Shown here one piece after another: positions 1 through 11,062 of a DNA stretch of 64,000 nucleotides (position 1 is the stretch's first letter; every line of letters starts with the position of its first letter). The notes beneath the pieces were generated by a model, which worked only from the letters and a program-made list of their open reading frames with translations, had not been told where the DNA came from and did not search any database. The stretch lies in the NCBI RefSeq assembly GCF_003918875.1, contig NW_025765159.1, positions 1,798,001 to 1,862,000 on the forward strand, in the 5' to 3' direction. The DNA comes from Haliotis rubra. Taxonomy: Eukaryota. The position numbers and the translations under genes were made by a program.

Positions 1-1128
1 TGGCCATTATTACGTTTTTCCTGTTTCTTTAATTGTGCCCACTTGTTGGCAATAGCGATTGTACTTATGATGAATTCTGGTCAAGAGTTTGGAAATTCGT
101 TCTAATTGAGAGACTGGTCTCGTAACCACTGGGTTCCGGACCCGTCTACGGACGTGGCGATTGAGGTTCAGATGACGTCTGGTGAAGAGTTTAGAAGTCT
201 TGACGTTCTGTTTGATAGACTGTAAACTGGGCTCCCGTCCGCAGTCAATAGCGAATGTAGTCATGATGACCGCTGAAGTCTAGAAGTTGTAACTGTCTTA
301 CAAACTGGCCCCCCGTCTACATATCATAGCGATTGCAGTTCTGATGAATGTTGTGACGCTCTATTTGACAGACGCATTTTGCCTAACATAAAACTGGGTT
401 CCATCTTTATAACTCTGCATTTCGAAAGAGGAGATATTTCAATATAAATAATGCGGATTATTCTTTTGCAAAACGTTCACGCCTTCATCTTCACTATCCA
501 CTATCCTATCCAAATTTCGAAGTTGTTTATCCTCGAAGCAATGAATAAATTAGTTGAGTGTCTGATATTGTTTCGATTGTCTACTGTTTCTCTTCTATTG
601 CGTCGGGAAATTCAGCCATAGTATATCAAGATCGCCGGGAGAGCAATGCAGTCTCCGTTGTTGATGACTTTCATGTCGGAGTAGCAGGGGACGTCGGCAG
701 ACAGTAAATCGTCAGAATTAAACGTCTTTCCATACGCTATAGTTACTTTGAGCCAGTGTCTACAGCTTTTGTTCGAACAGAAGCGACCCGCTTATCAAAA
801 TGGATGCATTTCTGCCGGTGTTCAAGACTGGCCAGGCAGATCGTGGCTGTTGGTGGTGTTCTTGATTAAGCCAGAGACCATATATCGGTATATGGTCTCT
901 GATTAAGCTAACCGACTCTACAGTTGTGACGTAAAGGCCATTTTACTCAATCGTGGCGGAGAAGTGGTACTAGTTGTGTTTATATTTAAAATAGCTCCTG
1001 TTTATTTTGGTCTTGACACTGTGACGAGACTGCCATTTCAATCGCCATGGTTAATCCATAGTGATGGTGAGAGTAGTCTAAAGATTCGAGCTAAAATTAA
1101 GAAAGACTTGGAGTTATGTGGTGCACCA

Positions 1129-1508
1129 TAGACTAACGCTTAGTCCCTGAATATATATGTTTGATAGTAACAAATAAACCCATTTAATCTGAAAAGGAGC
1201 CCCAATGAGTTGTGAGATTCAGGCCTGGGGAAATCTAATCTTGCCTCATTTGGCTTCAGGAAAGACTAACAACTAGTCTCTGAAATGAACATATTTTATA
1301 AATATAATGAAAAGGAGCCCTGAGGCTTTCTTCATTTTCAGAGACCCTGAAGCTGTGGAAATCTAGACTTGCCACATTTTCTAGACTTGCGTGGGCTTTT
1401 TTGGATATATTTGCTTCAGGGTCTGTATGACAGACTAGGCTTTTAGCATTGCATGGAAGGCTAGGCAGTAGGGAAAATAATGTGGTTCAGGGACTGTGAG
1501 ACCGACTA
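1129..1508 (+). mobile_element. Non-autonomous DNA transposon (TAGACTA family): one subfamily nested inside another
   Basis: 5' TAGACTAACGCTTAGTC ... 3' GAGACCGACTA. Imperfect TSD GGTGCACCA/GGTGCATCT. Inner element at about 1262-1437. Confidence 0.75.
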
Positions 1509-2879
1509 GGTGCATCTATGATAGGAGAGTTCCAGTAGTTCAGAGGTAGTTAAAATACCTACGACGTTGACTAAGACGCTCCCTACTCATGTCAGAAAGA
1601 CAAAGGCAGTATTCACAAAATCCCGCTTTGCTTTTCAACAAGCCCGTGTCAGGTATCGTTTAATTTGCAAAACAAATCCCGAGCTAAAATAATCCTGCAT
1701 GAGCGTCTTTGTGTTCAAACCTGAAACTAAAACGATAAAACATCAGCCAAGTTAATTAAGTCGTGTTCGTTTCTTCCGACAACACTCATCCCAAACACCA
1801 TAGTCTACCAGATGTGGAACAAACCAGAAACGCTAGCTCCCAACACCTCCGTTATTAGTGTAATTATTTTCTCCTCTCATAACTCACATTAAAAAAACAT
1901 CCAGGTCAAACACGACACTTCATGTAAACCTTCACAGACGTTTACAACCGAAGAACACCAAATACATTGAGAAGAACGTTAGATGGAAGTTTGCCGCAGC
2001 TTGTGAGAGAAAGAAAATTCAAATATCATTCGCTTTTCAGCGATGCCTATGCACGAAGTTTGACCCCAGGACTTGGTAATCTTTGAGTGGGGGAGGGGTG
2101 TGATGGGGGAGGGCGGACCCTCGACCCAGCAGGAGCTCAACCGTATGGCACTGCACTCCCCCAAAACTCCCCCAAGACCTCAGCATCAGGAACTTGTCCG
2201 GGTAAAGCACAAGCTCGGGTATCAGGTTTCGATGAAACCTTTCTTCACGCCTTCTGTTTTTCTCGTTTTGAAATATTTCTTATCGCTTTGAAACTATCAA
2301 ACGGTCTGAATGTGCAGCAAGGCGAGATTCAGTACCTCCGTAATCTTCTTCAGACCTGGGTAACATTGTCCGTTCGGTTCCTTGAAGTATTGTTTCTTCC
2401 AGACAGGTGTGCGTCCGACAAGGGTGCTCTTGTAGCGTAAAGATTGCTACTTGAACAAATCAGCCCATCGTCAAATTTCGTTCGTGAGCGATCTCGTAAG
2501 GCGCAAGTTAAACCATACCTTGGCAGGTGAATTCACATTAAATCCTCTTCAACAGGGAGATGTCTAAATATTTAAAGAATCATGGGTAAATTAGGCTTGT
2601 CGGGGGATGCTGAAACAACAACGTGCGCGATGGGCATTATTCGAGATTTGTATCAAGCGCAGCAGCGATAAAAGCCATGTACACCAACACAAACAATCTG
2701 GACACGTGCTGGGGACAATGTAGCCAATAATCGCGGACTTATTAACCAGAATGTGCCACCGCTCTGTAAACATGTGGAACGGAGACGTACATATTCAACA
2801 AACACGTCGGCAGTGATGGCGGGACCCGTCCCTATTCGTGGTGCGGTTTACAGCTTTGAGAATTTTTTGTATTGGACTG

Positions 2880-3091
2880 CAGTAACCCATGCTTGTAAGA
2901 GGAGACTAACGGGATCGGGTGGTCAGGTTCCCTGACTTCGATGACACATGTCATCGTATCCCAGTTGCGTAGATCACTGTTCATGCTGTAGATCACCGGA
3001 TTGTCTGGCCCAGACGTTATTATTTACAAACTGCCGCCATATAGCTGAATATTGCTGAGTGCGGCGTTAAACAACAAACAAACAAACAAAC
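2880..3091 (+). mobile_element. SINE-B, 5'-truncated
   Basis: CAGTAACCCATGCTTG..GACTAACGGGATCGGGTGGTCAGG..GAATATTGCTGAGTGCGGCGTTAAAC, then (AAAC)n. Confidence 0.85.
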
Positions 3092-3140
3092 TGTGATTTG
3101 TTTGTTTACGTATGTAGGTTCACCAACTGTACCTGTATGT

Positions 3141-3308
3141 GGGGCGGCGGGGTAGCCTAGTGGTCAAAGCGTTCGCTAATCACGCCGAACACCATGGTTA
3201 GCTTCCCCACATTGGTACAAATAATGTGTGGACCCCATTTCTGGTGTCCCCCGCCGTGATGTTGCTGGAATGTTGTTAAACGCGGCGTAAAACTAAACTC
3301 ACTCACTC
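3141..3308 (+). mobile_element. SINE-A (tRNA-Asp-like head, about 165 bp, (ACTC)n tail)
   Basis: A-box TAGCCTAGTGG, body CATTTCTGGTGTCCCCCGCCGTGAT, tail GCTGGAATGTTG..GCGGCGTAAAAC. Confidence 0.85.
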
Positions 3309-3615
3309 GTGGTATGTCGACGAAAGTGTCATATTTCCTTGTAATGCGTGGTTAAGTGCCAATGACTTGTGGTAAGTGTATTAATATGTGGCAATAGATA
3401 ATCTACCAAGGTTGAAGCTGTTCGCACCAGTTGGTATTTTATATGAACCTGCTGCATGCAGTGGATGCATGATGATAATTACCAGACATTAAGTTGTTAT
3501 TTCTAGCTACAAACATGACTAATTAGGATAGCAATTGGAACAACACAAGAAATAGACATGCCTTGGATGCACATATTTGTTGTAATGGCAAAGCGCCGAG
3601 TACTTATTTAATGGA

Positions 3616-3838
3616 CTCGTGAAGATCCGGGTTAGAATTAGCCTTCAGCAGCCCATGCTTGTCGTAAGAGGCGACTAACGGGATCGGGTGGTCCGGCTCG
3701 CTGACTTGGTTGACACATGTCATTGTATTCCAAATGCGTAGTTCGAGGCTCATGTTGTTGATCACTGGGTTGTCCAGACTCGATTATTTATAGACCGCCC
3801 AAATAGCTTGAATATTGCGGCGTTAAACAACAAACAAA
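3616..3838 (+). mobile_element. SINE-B, full length
   Basis: Starts ACTCGTGAAGATCCGGGTTAG. Confidence 0.85.
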
Positions 3839-3869
3839 TTTTAGTTCATGAGGGATTTCAGTTTAACAC

Positions 3870-4030
3870 GGGGCGGTGGGGGTAGTCTAGTGGTTAAAGC
3901 GTTGGCTCGTCACGCCGAAGACCCGGGTTCGAATCCCCACATTGGTACAATGAGTGAAGCCTATTTCTGGTGTCCCCCGCCGTGATATTGCTAGAATATT
4001 GCTAAAAGCGGCGTAAAACCAAACTCACTC
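3870..4030 (+). mobile_element. SINE-A
   Basis: Near-consensus copy with A box and B box (GGTTCGAATCC). Confidence 0.9.
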
Positions 4031-4084
4031 ATTACAGTGAGTCAGTCAGTCAGTTTACCACAGTTTTTAGAGTGAATATGCCTC

Positions 4085-4398
4085 TTTTATTACGGCAATA
4101 TCATGGCGGGGGACTTCAGAAGTGGTCGTCACACATTGTACCCATGTGGGGAAGTGAACCCGGTGTTTTCTGCGTGACGAGCGAACGCCTTATCACTGGG
4201 CTGCCTCGTCACCCAATCGTCGTGTCAGCTTAACGGGGGATGAAACATCGAAGAGATGCAGGTCTGAGATATAACGGGAAGGGGTGGGGGGCCGGGGTGG
4301 GGTGGGGGTTAGCCTAGTGGTGAAAGCGTTCGTCCCCCACTGTGATAATGCTGGAAGCGACGTAACACTAAACTATTCACTCACTCACTCACTCACTC
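4085..4398. mobile_element. Two decayed SINE-A copies (minus about 4085-4215; plus, internally deleted, about 4300-4398)
   Basis: Partial matches to the consensus. Confidence 0.7.
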
Positions 4399-4603
4399 CC
4401 ATTAGGTGAAACACACTGTGGTGTTGACGAAACATAGACGCCATTGTTTTATGGGGTCAACGTGTTATTTATGTAACACTAACATTGTGATGTAATCTAA
4501 TGGTTGTTGCTCTAGGGACAGACATGAACAAGCTCATCTCAGTGTTCAGTGCAATGTACAAGTATTTTTATCCCTCTTGATACCAGTTGCTGTACATTAA
4601 TAC

Positions 4604-4780
4604 TAGACTAACAGTAAGTCTCTGAAATGAACATATTTTACAGAAAATAAAGAAAAAAATGTAAATACAAAAAAAGGAGCCCAGGGACTTTGAAGCTGTG
4701 GAAAAATAGACTTGCCACATTTTCTAGACTTGCGTGGGCTTTCTTGGATATATTTGCTTCAGGGTCTGTTCCACAGAATA
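4604..4780 (+). mobile_element. TAGACTA-family MITE, perfect 9-bp TSD
   Basis: TSD CATTAATAC at 4595-4603 and 4781-4789. Confidence 0.85.
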
Positions 4781-5555
4781 CATTAATACTAAATATATGG
4801 CACATGTCAAAATAACACTAAGAGCCTCAATATATACCGACAGATACTGACTTGTCAGAATAAACATTAATCCTGATGGCACTCATTTGGATTATCTTTT
4901 AATCCCAGCCCAATCCCTGGGATTGTGCAAATTGAATCATGAATTTCACCGTTCCCAGGAATAGGGCAGAGATTTCTTTGTTGAAACCCAGGGAATGGCA
5001 GTTCAGGGATCGAACCCATGAACACCAACACCCCCGGATCCCCTTTCTGTGTGTGTTTTTCAAAATTCCTGGATCCGCCCATGAACTAGCAAGGTATCAT
5101 AGTCCCTGTCAAACTTCATTCGTTATGATTGGCCTAGTGTATAGTCGTAATATTCTTTCTGTGCAGTACCAGTACATTAATTATAGAACAACAAACCCAT
5201 CCACAGCATGTCTATTTCATGGTGTTCTAATTCCAATAGCGTTGTAAAGCACGCTTCGTAATCTGCGCTGATTCCTGGCGCGGTTCTCTACATACCGCGG
5301 AGTCTAATGCATGTTTATATTACATGTATGTTCTGTGTTCCCTGTGATCGCCCATAAAGGATGGCAATGTATCTGGATTCTGTCACTCTGTCTGCTGATA
5401 TGTATCTCATGCTCTGATTATGCTGGCTATTGACCAGATATTGATTGACAACAGCTGTATGAATGTCAATGGCGGCTGTGAAATACATCAAGCTGCTCGC
5501 AATGTACAAACTATGTTGTGAAATACGTCACATTCCATCAAAGTGATGTGTGTGT

Positions 5556-6490
5556 TGTCTCTCTCCCCCTCTCTCTATCTCCCCTCTCTCTATCTCGCCC
5601 TCTCTCCATCCCCTTCTCTCGCTCTCTCGCCATCCCCTTCTCTCTATCTCGCCCTCTCTCCATCCCCTTCTCTCGCTCTCTCGCCATCCCCTTCTCTCTA
5701 TCTCGCCCTCTCTCCATCCCCTTCTCTCCCTCTCTCGCCATCCCCTTCTCTCTATCTCTCGCCATCCCCTTCTCTCTATCTCGCCCTCTCTCCATCCCCT
5801 TCTCTCTATCTCTCTCCATCCCTTTCTCTCCCTCTCTCCATTCCCCTCTCTATCTCTCTCCATCCCTCCTCTCTCTCTATCTCTCTCTCTCCACCCCTCT
5901 CTCCATCCCTTTCTCTCCCTCTCTCCATTCCCCTCTCTATCCTCTCCATCCCTCTATCTCTCCACCCCTCCTCTCTCTATCTCTCTCTCCACCCCTCCTC
6001 TCTCTATCTCTCCCTATCTCCATCCCTCTCTCTCTCTCTCTCTCCACCCCTCCTCTCTCTATCTCTCCCTCTCTCCACCCTTCTCTCTCCATCTCCCATC
6101 CCCTCTGTCTCTCTCTCTCCCTCTCTCTCCATCCCTTCTCTCCCTCTCTCCATTCCCTCTCTATTTCTCTCCATCCCTCCTCTCTTTCTTCACCCTCCTC
6201 TCTCTATCTCCCTCTCTCCACCCCTCCTCTCTCTATCTCTCTCTCTCTCTCACCCTCCTCTCTCTATCTCTCCACCCCCTCTCTCCAATCTCTTTCCACC
6301 CTCCTCTCTATCTCTCCCTCTCTCCACCCCCCCTCTCTCTATCTCCCTCTCTCTCCATCCCTTTCTCTCCCTCTCTTTAACTCTCTCCATCCCTTTCTCC
6401 CCTCTCTCTCCTCCCTCTCTGTCTCTCTCCCCCTCTCTCTCTCTCCCTCTCTGTATCACTCCCTCTGTCTCTCTCTGTCTCTCTGTGTTC
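5556..6490. repeat. ~930-bp polypyrimidine/polypurine (CT-rich) compound microsatellite
   Basis: Almost entirely C/T on the + strand, with higher-order CCATCCCCTTCTCTC units. Confidence 0.97.
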
Positions 6491-6832
6491 TTAGATAACA
6501 CTCGTGGTTTGCTTCATACAGATGCAGACTGATTAAGTGTAGAACATGTTCATTAATTGAGCTGTATCTATTTGGAGTTATGTACCCTTGTACTTCCAGG
6601 ATGCATGCTTCGAGTTCGAATCCCCGATCTGCGCTCTTAATGATTCTGTCGCCACATGTCGTGGGTTTCGCCTTAGGTGTAAACATAGACAAACCTTTAC
6701 GTACCCAGCTGACACACAGCCATAATGTAATGTAATGAAAAAATATGTACGTTAAGAAACCCCTTTGGACTTTGAATTAAAATGTGTATGTGTGCAGACT
6801 TGGTCTCGCCACTATAAGTCTGAAACAATGCC

Positions 6833-7071
6833 ACCCATGAAGGTCCGGGTTAGAACTGATCTTCAGTAACCCATGCTTGTCGTAAGAGGCGACTAACGGG
6901 ATCTGGTGGTCAGGCTCCCTTGGTTGACACATGACATCGGTTCCCAATTGCGCAGATCGATGCTCATGCTGTTGATCACTTGATTGTCTGGTCCAGACTA
7001 GATTATTTACAGAAAACCGCCATGTAACTGGAATATTGCTGAGTGTGGCGTGAAACTAAACTCACTCACTT
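6833..7071 (+). mobile_element. SINE-B, full length, with TSD
   Basis: TSD AAA(C/T)AATGCC at 6823-6832 and 7072-7081. Confidence 0.9.
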
Positions 7072-7758
7072 AAATAATGCCGATGCAACGTAGAATTTTA
7101 ATTCACTCACTCACAGTGATAATCTGTTCAAAGCGGCGGAAAACCAACTCGCTATTTGCAAATTAATGTTCATGTTTTTGTTAAGTGTAACACAGAAGTC
7201 TCAACAATGTCCTTAAAATATTTAAGCGGTAGAAATATCCTTGCAGAAAGGTCCATAAACACGAGAATTTAGGCATTGGTCTAAGTCTGACTCATGCTAT
7301 TTAAAGTATTATCGAAAATGGCTTTTCAGAAGAAAAAAGCTTAAACTTGGGTTTTCAAACATCGATCGAAATTCAGATAATTTTGTTTAAAATGTGAGAA
7401 ATTAGCTGAAAATGGACACACTTGAAATTTAAGATGTTCTTTTTACGTGGCAGATCAGCTTTCAGTCTGCACAGATTAGTCTTTTAGAGAAAACAACTGC
7501 ACGCGACCGGTCCTGGCAAACGGTGCCACTGTTTGTTCCTTTCTCCACTAAATACGTGCAAACAAACATCACAAACATCTTGTCTGTGACAGTGTTGGGT
7601 GTCATATGTGGCATGCAATTGATCAATTTGGGGATGTTTTATGTGTGGAGACAATGCTATATTTGGTGACAGTGTTAAGGTTAAAATGGTCTCTGTGTTA
7701 AGATGGAAAAAATAGAAACAATGGTCTGGATGAAAACTGAGATGAAGAGAGAGAAGAT

Positions 7759-7964
7759 GGAGACAGTGTTATAAATAGGAATATGATTTACACGGAGAAG
7801 ACCGTGTTATGGATAGGTATATGTTTTTCATTGAGACTTCAGGGTCAGTGTTCTCGATGGGAATATGTTTTTACATGGAGACGTCAGGGACAGTGTTATA
7901 GATGGGAATATATTTTACATGGCGACGTCAGAGACAGTGTTATAGATGGGAATATATTTGACAT
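7759..7964. repeat. ~44-bp minisatellite, about 5 diverged copies
   Basis: GGAGACGTCAGGGACAGTGTTATAGATGGGAATATATTTTACAT. Confidence 0.8.
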
Positions 7965-8479
7965 ATATGACAGTGTCACAGCTGGATAAACAACGTTCCA
8001 AACGCAGAGCCAGAAAATACGTTGATTTGCATATACAATACTATTTTTAACATCTGCGAGGACAATCGCAGTTATTTCGAGAAAATTCAGATGCCGATTG
8101 TTTTACTCGCGATATCGATGTTTGAGTAAACGGAAGTAAAGTACATCAATACGCTGATAGTGCCCCCTGATTGTCATTCTCCAGTGTGTTTCCGCACCGG
8201 CAGGCTCGCCAACAGATGAGAAACGATTCAAGCGCAGATACCAAGAAACTCAGATATCCTGCTCCAGGCTTACGGTGCTAGATTCGAGGAGAGTTCAAAT
8301 GTTCCGTAATGAGGATTCCGTATAGAGTCTAAGGAGATGTGTCTTTGTGAGCTCTTCTAGCAGAGTGTAGCAAGCTGAAGTCTTGTATTCAGTGTATGGC
8401 TTTGTTTGTCGTGGTTGATGGAGGAGATGTGCCAACGTCAAAGTCGTCTCTTTTTAATCCGCATGATTTTGTTATGTAT

Positions 8480-9390
8480 ACCCTTTCCAATCCGGATGTT
8501 TTATTAAGCAGACCCTTTTCAATTCTGATGGTTTCGTTAGGTGGATCCTTCTAAATATGGACGCTATCCTCAAATAGACCCTTCTCAATCTGGACGAAAT
8601 CGTCAAGTAGATCCTTCTCAAGCAGGACTTATGCCATTAAGTGGACCCTTCTCAATCTGGACGAAATCGTCAAGATGACCCTTCTCTGGCAGGACGGTGT
8701 CATTAAGTGGACCGTCAAGTTGACCCTTCTCTGGCAGCACTATTACCATTAAGTGGACCCTTCTCAATCGGGACGAAATCGTCAAGATGACCAGTCTCTG
8801 GCAGGACGGTGTCATTAAGTAGGCCCTTCTGTAGCAGAACGGTGTCATTAAGTAGGCCCGTCTCTGGGAGGACGGTGTCATTAAGTAGGCCCTTCTGTAG
8901 CAGGACGGTGTCATTAAGTAGGCCCTTCTCTAGCAGGACGGTGTCATTAAGTAGGCCCTTCTCTAGCAGGACGGTGTCATTAAGTAGGCCCTTCTCTAGC
9001 AGGACGGTGTCATTAAGTAGGCCCTTCTCTAGCAGGACGGTGTCATTAAGTAGGCCCTTCTCTAGCAGGACGGTGTCATTAAGTAGGCCCTTCTCTAGCA
9101 GGACGGTGTCATTAAGTGGCCCTCTAGCAGGCCCCCTTCTCTAGCAGGACGGTGTCATTAAGTAGGCCCTTCTCTAGCAGGACGGTGTCATTAAGTAGGC
9201 CCTTCTCTAGCAGGACGGTGTCATTAAGTAGGCCCTTCTCTAGCAGGACGGTGTCATTAAGTAGGCCCTTCTGTAGCAGGACGGTGTCATTAAGTAGGCC
9301 ATTCTCTAGCAGGACGGTGTCATTAAGTAGGCCATTCTCTAGCAGAATGATATCATTAGGTAGACCCTTCTCAAGCAAGACGATTTCGTT
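8480..9390. repeat. 33-bp minisatellite, homogeneous centre and diverged edges
   Basis: Unit GCAGGACGGTGTCATTAAGTAGGCCCTTCTCTA. Confidence 0.97.
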
Positions 9391-9427
9391 TCCATCAGTA
9401 TGCTTATAGCTTATGCATTTGGCATGG

Positions 9428-10128
9428 AGTGAGTGAGTGAGTATGGTTTTAAAGCTCTTATTCCAGCAATACTACGGCAGGAGACACCAGACATGGGTCT
9501 CAAACAGTGTACTAATGTGGGAAACTAACTTTAACCACTAGGCTGCCCCACCAACCCACGCAATTACTGCGAAACAAGACGCTGTTAGTTCTTAATTACA
9601 AAATATGCCTGACCCTCTGGATAGTTGTGTGTTGCCAACACGGACGACCTCCATGCACCTTGTACAGGACGTCGCGGGTGGACGTCGTTGGAGCATGTAC
9701 TACAGGCTTTAATACCCCTAAATACACCATGTCAGTGTGGGATGGTGGGGTAGATCAGTGATTAAAGCGTCACGCCGGGTTCGAATCCCATGTCTACAAC
9801 GTGTAAAACTAATTTCACGTGCCCCGCCATGTTATTGCTGGAATATTGCTAAAGCGGCGTAAAACCCAACTCACTCAGTAATATGTCATTGTATCTACTG
9901 AAATATACTCAACACTAGAAATAGTCAACGTATCTATATGAATACCTTCAGCAATAGGGGGAGTGGTTGTTTTTTTAAGCCTAGTGGTTAAAGCGTTCAC
10001 TCGTTACGCTGAAGACCCTGGTTCGATTCCCTACATGGGTACAATGTGTGAAGCCCATTTCTGGTGTCCCCACCGTGATATTGCTGGAAAATTGCTAAAA
10101 GCGGCGTAAGACTAATCTCACTCACTCA
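9428..10128. mobile_element. Cluster of three SINE-A copies (minus about 9428-9557; plus about 9739-9877; plus about 9960-10128)
   Basis: Matches to the consensus. The last copy is flanked by CCTTCAG(C/T)AATAG direct repeats. Confidence 0.8.
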
Positions 10129-10483
10129 CCCTTCAGTAATAGAAATAGCCAATATAGCTCCTCAAACATAAGAAATATTCAATATGTCCACTTGAATACA
10201 CTTAGCACTGGAAATAATTGTATCTTCATGAATACCATAAACATTAGAAATAGTGTAGAACTGAAATATGTAGTAACAATAGCTATGTGGTCTTCGTGAT
10301 AAATGTTTGAATGCTGCAGCTGGTCTGTTGACATTCTCCTTCAGTGAGCTTTCTACATCGATATCGATGATCAGGAACGGATATCCGTGATATCCGGCGA
10401 TTGATATCAATCCTGTCACATTTCATACTTTTTATAAGTCATCACCAGACAGAACTGTTTGTGCTAAATTACAGAGAGATCCG

Positions 10484-10542
10484 CGTGTGTGTGTGTGTGT
10501 GCGTGCGTGTGTGTGTGTGTGCGTGCGTGTGTGTGTGTGTGT
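10484..10542. repeat. (TG)n/(TGCG)n microsatellite; similar runs at 37334-37388 and 28728-28744
   Basis: Direct inspection. Confidence 0.9.
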
Positions 10543-10708
10543 ATCTGTCTGCTTGGATTTTCCCGGACGAAAGCCTGTTCTTTAGTACGACCCCACTCTG
10601 GCACAGTTAGACTTAGACTTAGTCTCTGAATATATAATTTTGATAGTAATAAACAAACCCATTTAAATTGAAAAGGAGCCCCAGGGAGACCAGAGATTCA
10701 GAACCTGA

Positions 10709-10883
10709 GGGTGGTCAGCCTCGCTGACTTGGTTGACACATGTCATCGTTTCCCAATTTCGTAGATCGATGCTCATGCTGTTGATCACTGTATTGTCTGG
10801 TCTAGACTCAATTATTTACAGACCGCCGCCATATAGCTGAAATATTGCTGAGTGCGGCGTAAAGCTAAAGTGACTCACTCACT
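10709..10883 (+). mobile_element. SINE-B, 5'-truncated, abutting a TAGACTA-family MITE fragment
   Basis: Body and tail match. Confidence 0.85.
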
Positions 10884-10894
10884 CTTTAATTCAG

Positions 10895-11062
10895 TGGACG
10901 TTCGGGTAGCTTCGTGGTTAGCTCGCCACGCCAAAGGCAGGGGTTTGATTCCACACATATGTACACTGCTTCTGTCTGCTTGAAGCCCATTCCTAGTGTA
11001 CCCGTCGTGACATTGCTGGAATATTGCAGACGCGGCGTAAAACAATACTCAGTCTGTCAGTC
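10895..11062 (+). mobile_element. SINE-A, diverged
   Basis: Consensus match, flanked by TTTAA(T/A)TCAGTGG-like direct repeats. Confidence 0.75.

Noticed and set aside
10-410. 84-aa ORF and a degenerate ~75-80-bp repeat (AAACTGGG..CCGTC..ATAGCGA)
   Set aside because: No recognisable homology, and the repeat is too decayed to define.
4276-4308. G-quadruplex-like G-runs (also about 2088-2115)
   Set aside because: Isolated, partly an expanded SINE 5' end, with no functional context.
5518-6532. Long ORFs (276-329 aa, S/L/P-rich, and E/R/G-rich on minus)
   Set aside because: They are translations of the CT/GA microsatellite, which lacks stop codons by composition.
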